Positions 17,613 through 28,613 of a stretch of DNA of 56,758 bases are shown here, piece by piece (position 1 is the first letter of the stretch; every line of letters starts with the position of its first letter). Location: assembly GCA_964593045.1 (NCBI GenBank), contig CAZQJQ010000002.1, positions 704 to 57,461 of the forward strand, given 5' to 3'. The position numbers and the translations under genes were made by a program. The DNA comes from an uncultured Clostridiaceae bacterium. Lineage in GTDB: Bacteria > Bacillota > Clostridia > TANB77 > CAG-465. The notes under the pieces are model-generated. The model had not been told where the DNA came from and did not search any database. It was given only the letters and a program-made list of their open reading frames with translations.

Positions 17613-18557
17613 TTACATCATATTTTCACTACCAAGTGCGTTCTCTATTTTAGATATAACCATTTTTTTAACTTCTGTTCTTGCAAGACCTAAATATTTT
17701 CTAGGATCAAATACTTCTGGTGTTTCTACAAAGCATTCTCGTATACTTGCTGTCATTGCTAAACGAATATCACTATCAACATTTATTTTACAAATACCAA
17801 GTTTTGAGGCTTGTCTTAACATATCTTCAGGAACACCTCTTGCTCCTGGTATGTTTCCACCATATTTATTACATTTCTCAACGAACTCTTGAGGGACTGA
17901 TGAAGCACCATGTAGCACCAATGGATAATTTGGCATTAAATCTGATATTTCTTTTAAAATATCAAATCTAAGTCTTGGCTCTCCTTTAAATTTATATGCA
18001 CCATGACTTGTACCAATTGCAATAGCAAGTGAATCGCACCCTGTCTTTTCTACAAATTCTACTGCTTGTTTTGGTGATGTATACATTGCATCATCTTCTT
18101 TTACATTTACATCATCTTCTACACCTGCAAGCTTACCAAGTTCAGCTTCAACCACTACTCCTCTTGGATGAGCATATTCTACAACTTTTTTTGTAAGTGC
18201 AACATTTTCATCAAAACTATATTTTGAACCATCGATCATAACAGATGTAAATCCTGAATCAATACACATTTTACATGTTTCAAAATCAGGTCCATGATCT
18301 AGGTGTAGAGCAATCGGAATATCAGCACCTGCCTCTTTATTACATTCCACTGCTGCTTCTAACATTTTTTTCAAATATACAACATTTGCATATTTAATCG
18401 CACTTGAAGAAACTTGTAAAATAACCGGTGATTTTTTTTCTCTTGCTGCTTCTACAATTCCTTGTATGATCTCCATATTGTTAATGTTAAATGCACCTAT
18501 TGCATAATTACCTTCATATGCTTTTTTAAACATCTCTTTGGTTGTTGTAAGTCCCAT
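17613..18557 (-). CDS. fba: class II fructose-1,6-bisphosphate aldolase
   Basis: 314 aa. YAIGAFNINNME, IALHLDHG, GTSHGAYKF, LVLHGASS. Confidence 0.93.
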   Translation of the reverse strand: MGLTTTKEMFKKAYEGNYAIGAFNINNMEIIQGIVEAAREKKSPVILQVSSSAIKYANVVYLKKMLEAAVECNKEAGADIPIALHLDHGPDFETCKMCIDSGFTSVMIDGSKYSFDENVALTKKVVEYAHPRGVVVEAELGKLAGVEDDVNVKEDDAMYTSPKQAVEFVEKTGCDSLAIAIGTSHGAYKFKGEPRLRFDILKEISDLMPNYPLVLHGASSVPQEFVEKCNKYGGNIPGARGVPEDMLRQASKLGICKINVDSDIRLAMTASIRECFVETPEVFDPRKYLGLARTEVKKMVISKIENALGSENMM

Positions 18558-18569
18558 ATATATTACCCC

Positions 18570-19928
18570 CTATTTTCTTACTGGGCTATCTTGTTTAATT
18601 TGTCTTTTTTCTTTTTGTAAATTATCAGAATAACCCTTTAACCTATTTATATCACTCTTCATTATAACGTTTTTAGATTTAACCCTACCAAGCTCTTCAT
18701 CAAATCCAAATGCCTTTTTATCTTTATCTTTTTTACTAGTACTTGAATCTGGTGCTGAATCAATAGTATTGTTATTAATAGAAGAGGTATAACCTGCTAT
18801 TTCATTTGCTTTATCTATATATTCTTGTGCTTTTACATTGTTCCCTTTTTCCATTTCTTCTTCAGCTTTAAATATAAAATTATCAATAACATCTTTTTGT
18901 GAATCTACTTGTTCGGTCTGTACATCAACCATTTGTTCAGTATTTTGTTCTTGTTTTTTGTCAGCGATGTTTTTGTCATCACCCATTAAACTTTTTTCTT
19001 TTTTATCTGTATATACACCTAATTTTTTCTGTTCTACATTATCATATTCTTGTTTTCTCTGTTGCATAGTAAATAGTTCTTCAATAGTAGGTTCCATATG
19101 CTCTAAATATATGTTTTCTTTAATTAGTTCACGTTGAAGATTATCAATTTTACTATCATATTCATTAGCAGATATACTTCCATTAGAGTATTTATTGCTA
19201 AGTTGTATTATTTCTTCATTAATAGCTTCTATTCTATTTTGTACTTTATCATACTTTGCAATACTATTTCCTCTATTTTTTTCAATTTTATATTCTCCAC
19301 GCATTTCATACCTTAAGAAATTAGATTCTTTTTTAGATACTTCTTTATCATCTTGTGATATGTATTTACCAGTCAAAGAATAATATTTACTATCAATTTT
19401 TTTAATATAGTTTTGATATAGCAAATACTTATTTTCTAATTCTTCATTGCTTGTCCACACTTCATTATTTTTTGCAAGAGATTTATCAACTTCTAATTTT
19501 AAGTTATAGTATTCTTCAATCATTGCAGCATAAATCATTTTTAAAATTTCTTCTCTTTCATTGTTATAATCTTCATCAGAAAGTCCTTCTTTTTTCTTTA
19601 ACATATCATCTGCCATTTTTTCAGGATCTGATAAATTTTTAGAATTACCACTTGCTACTTTTCTTTTTATTTCATTTTCTGTCTTTTGTTTTTGTTTTCT
19701 TTTCTTTTCTTCAATGTCTTTTTTCATTACTTCCATTTTGGAATAAGTATTTTGTTTTAATGAATTAAAGAATTCCTCTTGTACATCAACTTTAAACTTA
19801 TTACTATTTCTTGCATATCTATCAAGTAATACTTCAGATGCTTGTTCATATGAAGGTTTACTTGATGATTCTCCTCTTCCTTTTAATTCTTCCATTACGT
19901 TTTCATATTCAGATTTATTTAAATACAT
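18570..19928 (-). CDS. hypothetical Lys/Glu-rich coiled-coil protein
   Basis: 452-aa ORF with low-complexity, charged, heptad-like stretches. It ends 12 nt before fba, so co-transcription is likely. No recognised family. Confidence 0.5.
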   Translation of the reverse strand: MYLNKSEYENVMEELKGRGESSSKPSYEQASEVLLDRYARNSNKFKVDVQEEFFNSLKQNTYSKMEVMKKDIEEKKRKQKQKTENEIKRKVASGNSKNLSDPEKMADDMLKKKEGLSDEDYNNEREEILKMIYAAMIEEYYNLKLEVDKSLAKNNEVWTSNEELENKYLLYQNYIKKIDSKYYSLTGKYISQDDKEVSKKESNFLRYEMRGEYKIEKNRGNSIAKYDKVQNRIEAINEEIIQLSNKYSNGSISANEYDSKIDNLQRELIKENIYLEHMEPTIEELFTMQQRKQEYDNVEQKKLGVYTDKKEKSLMGDDKNIADKKQEQNTEQMVDVQTEQVDSQKDVIDNFIFKAEEEMEKGNNVKAQEYIDKANEIAGYTSSINNNTIDSAPDSSTSKKDKDKKAFGFDEELGRVKSKNVIMKSDINRLKGYSDNLQKEKRQIKQDSPVRK

Positions 19929-20173
19929 TTTTTCATCTCCTCACATATATACAATAATCTTATTCGATCTATATTATAGATTTTATCACTTAAATTATAT
20001 TATTTCAATACTTTTAGTCATTAATGTAATATTTTTATAATTATTAATATACAATATTTATTATATAGTAATAACATACAAAATATTTTCTGCTTTTTTA
20101 ATTATATTTTCAATAATTTTACTCTACATTTTTGTATAAACTATATATTTTCATATTTTTGAAAGGAGTTAAT

Positions 20174-22027
20174 ATGTGTGGTATATGTGGCTATGTAAAT
20201 TACATGGAATATATAACTAATGAGAATGAGATTTTAAATATGAATAGTAAACTAAAAAAAAGAGGTCCTGATTCACAAAAGATATATGTAAACAAAAATA
20301 CAGCATTTGGTCATTCAAGACTTAGTATTATTGACATTGATAACGGAACACAACCGATGATAAAAAAACATAATGAAAATAATTATGTTATAGTATATAA
20401 CGGTGAGATATATAACACAAAAGAAGTTCGTGATTTACTTATATCTAAAGGTTATTCATTTTTTAGTAACTGTGATACAGAAGTTGTTCTTACTGCATAT
20501 ATAGAATTTAGAGAAAATGTAGCTAATATACTAAATGGAATATTTGCATTTGCAATATATGATGAAACTAAAAATACAGTTTTTTTATGTAGAGACCATT
20601 TAGGCATAAAACCATTATTTTACTCTTTAACAGAAGATAATACATTTATTTTTTCATCGGAAATAAAAGGAATACTAGCCCATTCTAAAGTAGATGCTAT
20701 AGTTGATAAAAATGGCTTATTAGAACTATTTGGTGTTGGTCCTGCACATACTCCAGGTATTACTTACTTTAAAAATATATATGAACTAAAAGCAGGACAT
20801 TATGCAATATTCTCAGAAAAAAAATTACATATACAAAAATATTGGGATCTTACAACAAAACAATGTAACGACACAATAGATGAAGCGGTGGAAAAAATAC
20901 GATATCTAGTTACGGATGCCGTAAAAAGGCAATTAATATCTGATGTTGGAGTATCAACTATGTTATCTGGCGGAATTGATTCTAGCATAATAACAATGAT
21001 TGCAAAAAAACATTTAGGAACTTTAGATACCTTTTCTATTGATTTTGATAATAACGATAAAAACTTTATGTCAAATGAATATCAAATTTCAAGAGATAGT
21101 GATTATGTAAATATAATGAGAGAATATTTAGATACAAGTCATCATAATATTTTTTTTGATAACACTACATTATTTGAACTTTTGGCCGACTCTATGATAG
21201 CAAGAGATGTTCCATCTATGGCAGATATAGATTCATCAATGTTTGCATTTTGTAAAAGTATACAAGAATATGGATTTAAAGTATGTCTTTCTGGAGAATG
21301 CTCAGATGAAATATTTGGTGGATATCCTTGGTATTATAGGGCAAAACTTGCAAATAGCAATACATTTCCTTGGTCATTATCTAAAAAAGAAAGAAATTTA
21401 ATTACAAAAAAAGGCCTTTTTAAAGATGGGCAGTTATCAAATTATATTAATTTTAGGTATAACGAAACACTTAGTAATGTTAAACATAAAGATGATTTGG
21501 ATTTTTTTGAAAATAGATTTAGAAATATAACATACCTAACCGTTAAATGGTTTATGAATACACTAGTAGAAAGAACAGACAGAATGTCGATGTCTAATTC
21601 ACTTGAAGTAAGAGTACCATATGCTGACTTTAGAATATTTGATTATGTATATAACTTGCCAGCAAAGTATAAACTTGGAATAAATGATATATCGGATGAA
21701 GTAACCGAGAAAAACTTACTCAGACTAGCTTTTGAAAAAGATATTCCAAATGAGATTATACATAGAAAAAAATCCCCTTTTCCAAAAACATATGATCCAA
21801 AATATTTAAATTTAGTAGAAAATGAAATATTAAATATATTAAAGAATAAAAAATCAAAAATTGTACAGATTGTACAAAAAGAATATATAATAGATACAAT
21901 CAATCAAAATGGAAAAAATTTAAAAGAAAATTGGTTTGGTCAGTTAATGACATATCCTCAAACACTTGCATATTTAATTCAAATAGAATATTGGTTAAAT
22001 ATATATAACATAGAATTAGATATATAA
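20174..22027 (+). CDS. asnB: asparagine synthase (glutamine-hydrolysing)
   Basis: Start at ATG 20174 (MCGICGY, N-terminal nucleophile Cys) with GAAAGGAG SD. SGGIDSS PP-loop. Confidence 0.92.
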   Translation: MCGICGYVNYMEYITNENEILNMNSKLKKRGPDSQKIYVNKNTAFGHSRLSIIDIDNGTQPMIKKHNENNYVIVYNGEIYNTKEVRDLLISKGYSFFSNCDTEVVLTAYIEFRENVANILNGIFAFAIYDETKNTVFLCRDHLGIKPLFYSLTEDNTFIFSSEIKGILAHSKVDAIVDKNGLLELFGVGPAHTPGITYFKNIYELKAGHYAIFSEKKLHIQKYWDLTTKQCNDTIDEAVEKIRYLVTDAVKRQLISDVGVSTMLSGGIDSSIITMIAKKHLGTLDTFSIDFDNNDKNFMSNEYQISRDSDYVNIMREYLDTSHHNIFFDNTTLFELLADSMIARDVPSMADIDSSMFAFCKSIQEYGFKVCLSGECSDEIFGGYPWYYRAKLANSNTFPWSLSKKERNLITKKGLFKDGQLSNYINFRYNETLSNVKHKDDLDFFENRFRNITYLTVKWFMNTLVERTDRMSMSNSLEVRVPYADFRIFDYVYNLPAKYKLGINDISDEVTEKNLLRLAFEKDIPNEIIHRKKSPFPKTYDPKYLNLVENEILNILKNKKSKIVQIVQKEYIIDTINQNGKNLKENWFGQLMTYPQTLAYLIQIEYWLNIYNIELDI

Positions 22028-22065
22028 AAAAAAGGAGTATATACATAATAACGTATATACTCTTT
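22026..22065. terminator. bidirectional intrinsic terminator
   Basis: Perfect 10-bp stem gagtatatac/gtatatactc (22035-22044/22053-22062). An 8-A run upstream gives a T-run for the minus strand, and TTT lies downstream. It sits between the convergent asnB and the small-membrane-protein operon. Confidence 0.65.
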
Positions 22066-22081
22066 AAATTTAACAATGTCA

Positions 22082-22399
22082 TTACATCATATCTCTTCTA
22101 TCTTTTACCTTTATCATCCTTCTTCTTTTTTTGTTTTCATACATTGGTCGTAAAACAACAACCAAAGAAAAAATAAGCATAACGATAGAAACCACTATTC
22201 CTGTTGGTATGTATACCCACACATACATTGCATCTGCTCCATCTCTTCTTGCAAAAAAATGTGCAAAAACAAAACCAACAAATGAAACGAATGAAGAAAA
22301 CAGTAAAATCTTTCTTGCTAGTTTTTCTTCCATAAGTTTCTCAGAAATCGAACCAACTAACAGTAATATTAGGCACAGACAAAATAATTCTTCAGTCAT
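22082..22399 (-). CDS. small integral membrane protein (hypothetical)
   Basis: I place the start at ATG 22399 (MTEELF...), preceded by AAGGAGAA, with an 8-nt overlap with the upstream gene. About 105 aa, 3 TM segments, Arg/Lys-rich tail. Confidence 0.5.
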   Translation of the reverse strand: MTEELFCLCLILLLVGSISEKLMEEKLARKILLFSSFVSFVGFVFAHFFARRDGADAMYVWVYIPTGIVVSIVMLIFSLVVVLRPMYENKKRRRMIKVKDRRDMM

Positions 22400-22718
22400 T
22401 TTCTTTTTTCTCCTTATCATCACATGTCATTATTACCTTCTGATTATGTTCAAAAACAAAGTCCAATTGCTCATCTTCTTCTTTTACTTGATTTTTTTCT
22501 TTCTCAAATGTAAAATTGAAATCGTCTATATCTGCCTTGTCTACTGAAGATTTGTCTGCTGAATTTTGGCTTGTTTCTTTGTCACTTTCCATAATGTATG
22601 GAAAAAGTTCATGTCCTCTGTACTTCTTATTCTTCAAAGAAATTATAATAAAATATAATGCCATAAAAATAAAGACACAAACGCCAAATCCAATTACAGC
22701 AAACATAAAGTCAGTCAT
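22392..22718 (-). CDS. single-pass membrane protein with acidic C-terminal tail (hypothetical)
   Basis: 108 aa. AAAGGAGA SD. N-terminal TM (FMFAVIGFGVCVFIFMALYFIIISL), then an Asp/Glu/Lys-rich tail. Confidence 0.5.
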   Translation of the reverse strand: MTDFMFAVIGFGVCVFIFMALYFIIISLKNKKYRGHELFPYIMESDKETSQNSADKSSVDKADIDDFNFTFEKEKNQVKEEDEQLDFVFEHNQKVIMTCDDKEKKEND

Positions 22719-22720
22719 AA

Positions 22721-22936
22721 CTATTCTCCTTTCAACTTTAATCTAGTTTTTGATTTTTCTTCTGACTGTACATTGCTGACTAAAAAAATGACAAGTCCTG
22801 CAATCACAAGACAAATTCCTGAGATTCGGACAATGAATATAGGTTTTGTGAAAATCAAAACCAATAACAGAAAAAAAGAAAAAGTATAGAATGTCAAAAG
22901 TATTCTTGTTGCTTCTTTACATATGAATTTTTTCAT
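22721..22936 (-). CDS. small two-TM membrane protein (hypothetical)
   Basis: I place the start at ATG 22936 (MKKFICKE...), preceded by GGGAGGTG; the track's extra MGGVH translates the SD. 71 aa. Confidence 0.5.
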   Translation of the reverse strand: MKKFICKEATRILLTFYTFSFFLLLVLIFTKPIFIVRISGICLVIAGLVIFLVSNVQSEEKSKTRLKLKGE

Positions 22937-22997
22937 ATGTACACCTCCCAAAATATTAATTTTTTTTTATTATTGTCAATATGTATATATTTTAACA

Positions 22998-23033
22998 TAG
23001 AAAAATGATATAGTCAATAAAACTATATCATTT
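22998..23033 (-). terminator. intrinsic terminator
   Basis: Perfect 11-bp stem aatgatatagt/actatatcatt (23004-23014/23022-23032) with a 7-nt loop. The minus-strand T-run corresponds to the plus-strand A-run around 23001-23005. Ends the gatCAB-HD transcription unit. Confidence 0.6.
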
Positions 23034-23094
23034 ACATAATTTTTATATAATTTTGTATTAATTTATATTATTTAAATAATATTATTATTAAATT

Positions 23095-23682
23095 CTATAT
23101 TATGTTTATATCGGATTTTTCTTTTTTATTTAGACTCTTTATTCTAAGCAACAATTCATTTTTTATATTATCTAACACTTCAATTCGTTTTGATACTTTA
23201 TCTGGGCGATGAGCTTTAGCATCTGCATATTGCATTCTTAATAATCTTATATATTTATTTAGATCCTTATTTTCTACATTATCTAAATCTATCATTGTAT
23301 CATGATTTTTTATTAAGAATAAAATTTCATCAGATTCTTCTTTATCTACACTTAACCTTTCAAGTATTTTTTTAGACATTAAATATGATACTTCAGCATG
23401 TCCATGAAAATGTCTTATTTCCTCATCTTGATATGAATGAGGTTTACCTATATCATGAAGTAAAAGTGCCAAACGTAATATGTGATCTTTAGGACTATTT
23501 TCAAGCGCTAATATAGTATGATTAAAAACATCTAAATGGTGATGTGGGTGATTATGCATAAAACCAATCATATCACCAATTTCAGGAATTATTTCTAATA
23601 TTTTTTTAATATTTTTTTCGTTTTCTAACTCATCTTTTATATTATCACTCTGAATCAGGTTTTTTAACCAACTATTTTCCAT
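23095..23682 (-). CDS. HD-domain phosphohydrolase
   Basis: 195 aa. HHHLDVFNHT ... LLLHDIGKP ... HFHGHAEVS, the HD-domain metal ligands as in the HD module of CCA-adding-enzyme-related proteins. Confidence 0.7.
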   Translation of the reverse strand: MENSWLKNLIQSDNIKDELENEKNIKKILEIIPEIGDMIGFMHNHPHHHLDVFNHTILALENSPKDHILRLALLLHDIGKPHSYQDEEIRHFHGHAEVSYLMSKKILERLSVDKEESDEILFLIKNHDTMIDLDNVENKDLNKYIRLLRMQYADAKAHRPDKVSKRIEVLDNIKNELLLRIKSLNKKEKSDINII

Positions 23683-23701
23683 AATACAGTCCTTTATTTT
23701 T

Positions 23702-25135
23702 CTATTTACTTAGAATTTCAATCAGTAATTTATTTATAATCTGAGGATTAGCTTTACCTTTTGATTCTTTCATAATTTGTCCTACTAAAAATCCTATTGC
23801 TTTATCTTTTCCTGCTTTGTAATCTGCTACAGATTGTGGATTTTCCAAAACCACTTTCTCAACCATTTCTTTTATAGCAGATTCATCTGTTATCTGTACA
23901 AGTCCTTTTTCTTTTACAATTTCTTCAGCATCTTTTCCTGTTTCAAACATATCTATAAAGACTTTTTTAGCAATTGCAGAACTTATTACCCCTTTATCAG
24001 TTAATATTACTAATTTAGCTAAATTTTGGGGAGTTACTTTTGAATTACTTATTGTTATTTCTGATTCGTTTAACATTTTAGCAAAATCACTCATAATCCA
24101 GTTTGAAACTGCTTTTGGATTATTACATATTGAAACTGTTTTTTCAAAGAATTCAGCCAATTCTTTTGATGAAGTTATTTGTTCACTATCATATTCTGGA
24201 AGATTGAATTCGCTCATATATCTTTCCTTCTTTATATGTGGTAATTCTGGTAAATTGTTTTTTATATTCTCTATGTATTCATCACTTAGAACTATAGGGG
24301 CAAGATCCGGTTCAGGAAAATATCTATAATCATTTGCATCTTCTTTTGAACGCATTGCATATCCATAACCTTTATCATCATCCCATCTTCTTGTTTCTTG
24401 ATATATTACTCCACCATTTTCAATTTCATTTATTTGTCTATCAATCTCAAATTTTATGGATCTTTCAATTGACTTAAATGAATTTAAATTTTTAGTTTCT
24501 GTTCTTGTACCAAACTTAGTTTGGCCTTTAGGTCTTACAGATAAATTAACATCACATCTAAGTGAACCTTCTTGCATTTTACAATCAGATACTTCTAAGT
24601 ATTCAAGTATTGATTTTAGTGTTTGCATATACATTACAGCTTCTTCAGCTGATCTCATATCAGGTTCAGATACTATCTCTATTAAAGGAACGGCACATCT
24701 ATTCATATCAACTAATGTATCTCCTGTATATGGATCATGTATTAATTTTCCTGCATCTTCTTCTATATGTATTCTTGTTATTCCTACTCTTTTTGTTTTA
24801 TCTCCAACTTTAAAATCTAAATATCCACCTATACAAAGTGGTAAATCATACTGTGATGTTTGATATGCTTTTGGTAAATCAGGATAAAAATAATTTTTCC
24901 TATCTTGTTTTGAAAATCTAGATATTTTACAGTTTGTAGCAAGTCCAGCTTTAGTTGCATATTCTACTACTTTACCATTTAATACTGGTAATACTCCTGG
25001 CATTCCTGTACATATAGGGCAACAATGAGTATTAGGATCTGAACCAAATTCTGTAGAACATCCACAATACATTTTAGATTTTGTTGCAAGTTCAGCATGT
25101 ACTTCAAGTCCAATAACTACTTCATATTCTTTCAT
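23702..25135 (-). CDS. gatB: Asp-tRNA(Asn)/Glu-tRNA(Gln) amidotransferase subunit B
   Basis: 477 aa. VIGLEVHAEL, NRCAVPLIEIVSEPD, C-terminal YqeY-like domain. Follows gatA. Confidence 0.95.
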   Translation of the reverse strand: MKEYEVVIGLEVHAELATKSKMYCGCSTEFGSDPNTHCCPICTGMPGVLPVLNGKVVEYATKAGLATNCKISRFSKQDRKNYFYPDLPKAYQTSQYDLPLCIGGYLDFKVGDKTKRVGITRIHIEEDAGKLIHDPYTGDTLVDMNRCAVPLIEIVSEPDMRSAEEAVMYMQTLKSILEYLEVSDCKMQEGSLRCDVNLSVRPKGQTKFGTRTETKNLNSFKSIERSIKFEIDRQINEIENGGVIYQETRRWDDDKGYGYAMRSKEDANDYRYFPEPDLAPIVLSDEYIENIKNNLPELPHIKKERYMSEFNLPEYDSEQITSSKELAEFFEKTVSICNNPKAVSNWIMSDFAKMLNESEITISNSKVTPQNLAKLVILTDKGVISSAIAKKVFIDMFETGKDAEEIVKEKGLVQITDESAIKEMVEKVVLENPQSVADYKAGKDKAIGFLVGQIMKESKGKANPQIINKLLIEILSK

Positions 25136-25146
25136 ACTCTTACCCC

Positions 25147-26610
25147 CTATTTTATTTCTGGTTTCATATTATGAAACTCAGTATTTTGTTCATATGTATA
25201 TGCTACTTGTAGCAATTTTTCTTCTCCAAATGATGGAGCTATAAACTGAAGTCCAATTGGAAGACCTGATTTATCAAAGCCACCAGGCACTGATATTCCA
25301 GGAAGTCCAGCTATATTTACAGGAACTGTAAATATGTCTTCTAAATACATTTCTACTGGATTTTCAGTTTTTTCACCAAATTTAAATGCTGTATTTGGTG
25401 TTGTCGGTATCATTATAACATCAAATGTTTCAAATGCTTTTTTGAAATCATTTATTATTAGTGTTCTTACTTGTTGTGCTCGTTTATAATACGCATCATA
25501 ATAACCTGCTGAAAGGACATATGTACCAAGCATAATTCTTCTTTTTACTTCAGTACCAAATCCTTCTGTTCTTGAAGTTTTATATAAATCTATTAAGTCA
25601 TCAAAATCTTTAGCTCTATGTCCATATTTTATTCCATCATATCTACCAAGATTTGATGAAGCTTCAGCTGTAGCAATTATATAATATGTTGCAAGTGAAT
25701 ATTTAATATAATCAAGTGAAACATCCTCTACTGTAGCACCTAATTTTTTTAAAACTTGAACACTATTTTCAAACGCATCCTTAACATCTGAGTTTATGCC
25801 TTCTCCTAAAAATTTATTTGGAACACCTATTTTCATTCCTGATACATCATTTTTAAGTGACTTTGTATAATCTGGATATTCAATATTTGCAGATGTTGTA
25901 TCTAATTTATCATGTCCAGATATTGCATTTAAAAGAATTGCTGCATCTTCTACTGTTTTAGCAAATGGTCCTACTTGATCAAGAGATGATGCGTATGCTA
26001 TAACACCGTATCTTGAAACTAGACCATATGTTGGTTTTAAACCAACTACAGAACATAAAGAGGCTGGTTGTCTAATAGAACCACCTGTATCTGTACCAAG
26101 AGCACCAAACGCCATATCAGCTGATACACAAGCAGCACTACCACCACTAGAACCTCCTGGAACTCTTGATAAATCCCATGGATTACAAGTATTTTTAAAA
26201 TATGATGTTGCTGTAGAAGAACCCATTGCAAACTCATCCATATTTGTTTTTCCTATCATTATAGCACCATTATCTTCTAAGTTTTTCATAACTGTTGCAG
26301 TATATGGTGGTATAAAATTTTCAAGCATTCTTGATGAACATGTTGTTTTTATTCCCTTTGTACAAATAATATCCTTTATAGCAATTGGTACACCACCAAG
26401 CATTCCGATATCCTCGCCATTATCTAATTTTTTTTGAAGCATCTCTGCTCTTGCATATGCATATTCTTTTGTTATAGTAACATATGCTTGTACACTTGGT
26501 TCAATGTCCTCGATTCTTTTATATACATCATCTAATACTTCTTTTATACTAACCTCTTTACTTTTTATTTTTTCTGAAATTTCAGCTATTGTAAGACTAA
26601 ATAAATTCAT
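25147..26610 (-). CDS. gatA: Asp-tRNA(Asn)/Glu-tRNA(Gln) amidotransferase subunit A
   Basis: 487 aa. Amidase signature GGSSGGSAA ... [12 protein letters not shown]. Confidence 0.95.
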   Translation of the reverse strand: MNLFSLTIAEISEKIKSKEVSIKEVLDDVYKRIEDIEPSVQAYVTITKEYAYARAEMLQKKLDNGEDIGMLGGVPIAIKDIICTKGIKTTCSSRMLENFIPPYTATVMKNLEDNGAIMIGKTNMDEFAMGSSTATSYFKNTCNPWDLSRVPGGSSGGSAACVSADMAFGALGTDTGGSIRQPASLCSVVGLKPTYGLVSRYGVIAYASSLDQVGPFAKTVEDAAILLNAISGHDKLDTTSANIEYPDYTKSLKNDVSGMKIGVPNKFLGEGINSDVKDAFENSVQVLKKLGATVEDVSLDYIKYSLATYYIIATAEASSNLGRYDGIKYGHRAKDFDDLIDLYKTSRTEGFGTEVKRRIMLGTYVLSAGYYDAYYKRAQQVRTLIINDFKKAFETFDVIMIPTTPNTAFKFGEKTENPVEMYLEDIFTVPVNIAGLPGISVPGGFDKSGLPIGLQFIAPSFGEEKLLQVAYTYEQNTEFHNMKPEIK

Positions 26611-26620
26611 AAACTCACCT

Positions 26621-26917
26621 CTACTCTACTACTTTTGGAACACTAATACAACCAGCTTCTTTTGTTGGAGCATTAGTAAATAGTTCTTCTCTATCATATG
26701 AAGGTTCAACCTTATCTTCTCTAAATACATTTTGTATTTTTAAAATATGAGCTGTAGGCTCAATCCCTTCTACGTTTATTTCAGATAAAGTATTTGCAAA
26801 ATCTACTATACTAGATAAATCATTAGCATATTTTAAAACTTCTTCATCTGTTAGTTTTAGTCTTGATAAATTAGCAATATGTTTTACTTCTTCTTTTGAT
26901 ATACTCATAATGTTCAT
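26621..26917 (-). CDS. gatC: Asp-tRNA(Asn)/Glu-tRNA(Gln) amidotransferase subunit C
   Basis: About 95 aa. [21 protein letters not shown] is the typical GatC N-terminus. First gene of gatCAB. Confidence 0.9.
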   Translation of the reverse strand: MNIMSISKEEVKHIANLSRLKLTDEEVLKYANDLSSIVDFANTLSEINVEGIEPTAHILKIQNVFREDKVEPSYDREELFTNAPTKEAGCISVPKVVE

Positions 26918-27077
26918 CCTCCTTTAACAATATCTAAAATTATATATCATAGCCGTCTTAAAATCAAGTAAAATAATAAAAGAAACAGAAAAAACTGTTT
27001 CTTAATTTAACTATGTTTCAAGAATAAATAATAATTTTTAACTAATTAGCTTTTAATACTTATTAAAACTCATTAAG

Positions 27078-28586
27078 CTATATTAGAGGTTTCATTGTTG
27101 GAAATAATAATATATCACGAATTGAAGCACTATCTGTAAGTAGCATTATAAGTCTATCTAGTCCAATTCCTAAACCTCCTGTTGGTGGCAAGCCTTGTTC
27201 TAATGCCATTACAAAGTCTTCATCCATCATACCTGCTTCTTCATCACCTTGTTTTTTTGCTTCAACTTGTGCTAAAAATCTTTCATATTGATCTATTGGA
27301 TCATTTAACTCAGAATATGCATTACCGTATTCTCTTCCTCCAATAAATAGTTCAAATCTTTCTACAAGTCTTGGATCATCTTTTCTTCTTTTTGCAAGTG
27401 GTGATACCTCAACTGGATAATCAATTACAAATGTTGGTTGAATTAATGTATCTTCAACAAATTCTTCAAAAAATTGATTTATTATATGTCCTCTTGTTTC
27501 TTTTCCCGGTTCTAACTCAAGTTCCTTTGCTTTTAATACTTCTTTTGCTTCTTCTAGAGTATTAATAGTATTAAAATCTACACCTGTAACTTCTTTTATT
27601 GAATCAATCATAGTAATTCTTTTCCATTTTGGAGCTAAGTTTATATCTAGTCCTTGATAAGATATATCCGTTGTACCTAATACATTTTTTGCAATTGTAG
27701 ATACTATTTCTTCTGTTAAATTCATCATATCGTTATAATCATCATATGCAGAATACATCTCAATATTTGTAAACTCAGGATTATGCTTTATATCCATTCC
27801 TTCATTTCTAAATAGTCTTCCTAATTCATATACTTTATTAAATCCACCTACTATTAATCTTTTTAAATATAGCTCTGGTGCTATTCTTAAATACATGTCC
27901 AAATCAAGTGTATTATGATGAGTTATGAAAGGACGAGCAGCATCTCCTGTAACTATTGTGTTTAAAATTGGAGTTTCTACTTCTATATATCCTTTTTCAT
28001 CTAATATTCTTCTTAGTTCTTTTATTATTTTACTTCTTTTTATAAAAGTATCTTTTACTTCTGGATTTACAATTAAGTCTACATATCTTTGTCTATATCT
28101 TAAATCTACATCTTTTAATCCGTGCCATTTTTCAGGAAGTGGCCTTAATGATTTTGAAACCAATGTTATTTCTTCTACATTTACAGATATTTCACCCATA
28201 TGAGTTTTAAAAACTTTTCCTTTTATCCATACTATATCACCAATATCATATTTTTTAAAATCATTATATGATTCTTTGCCAATATTATCCATTTTAACAT
28301 ATAATTGAATTCTGCCAGTAGAATCTTGTATGTCAGCAAAAGAAGCCTTTCCCATTCCTCTTTTAGACATAATTCTTCCAGCAATTTGCACTTCTTTTTC
28401 AGTATCTTCTACAAAATTATCTTTTATATCTTTACTAAAATCGGTTACTTCACATTTTGTTATATCGAATGGGTTTTTACCTGCATTTTGTAACTCTTTT
28501 AATTTTTCTTTTCTTACCTCTACTAGTTTATTTATATCTGTAACTTCATTTACTTCATTTATATTTTCTACACTATTTTGATCCAC
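27078..28586 (-). CDS. lysS: lysine--tRNA ligase (class II)
   Basis: 502 aa. OB-fold N-terminal domain, class II motifs ([15 protein letters not shown]). Confidence 0.95.
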   Translation of the reverse strand: MDQNSVENINEVNEVTDINKLVEVRKEKLKELQNAGKNPFDITKCEVTDFSKDIKDNFVEDTEKEVQIAGRIMSKRGMGKASFADIQDSTGRIQLYVKMDNIGKESYNDFKKYDIGDIVWIKGKVFKTHMGEISVNVEEITLVSKSLRPLPEKWHGLKDVDLRYRQRYVDLIVNPEVKDTFIKRSKIIKELRRILDEKGYIEVETPILNTIVTGDAARPFITHHNTLDLDMYLRIAPELYLKRLIVGGFNKVYELGRLFRNEGMDIKHNPEFTNIEMYSAYDDYNDMMNLTEEIVSTIAKNVLGTTDISYQGLDINLAPKWKRITMIDSIKEVTGVDFNTINTLEEAKEVLKAKELELEPGKETRGHIINQFFEEFVEDTLIQPTFVIDYPVEVSPLAKRRKDDPRLVERFELFIGGREYGNAYSELNDPIDQYERFLAQVEAKKQGDEEAGMMDEDFVMALEQGLPPTGGLGIGLDRLIMLLTDSASIRDILLFPTMKPLI

Positions 28587-28613
28587 TTAAAAGACACTTC
28601 CTTCCCTTAAAAT

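Noticed and set aside
22082-22951. Apparent GC excess of the three small membrane-protein genes, considered as evidence of recent horizontal transfer.
   Set aside because: Hand counts give roughly 25-38% GC per 60-nt line, which overlaps what I see in core genes such as hydA. That is not a convincing compositional anomaly without a proper sliding-window computation.
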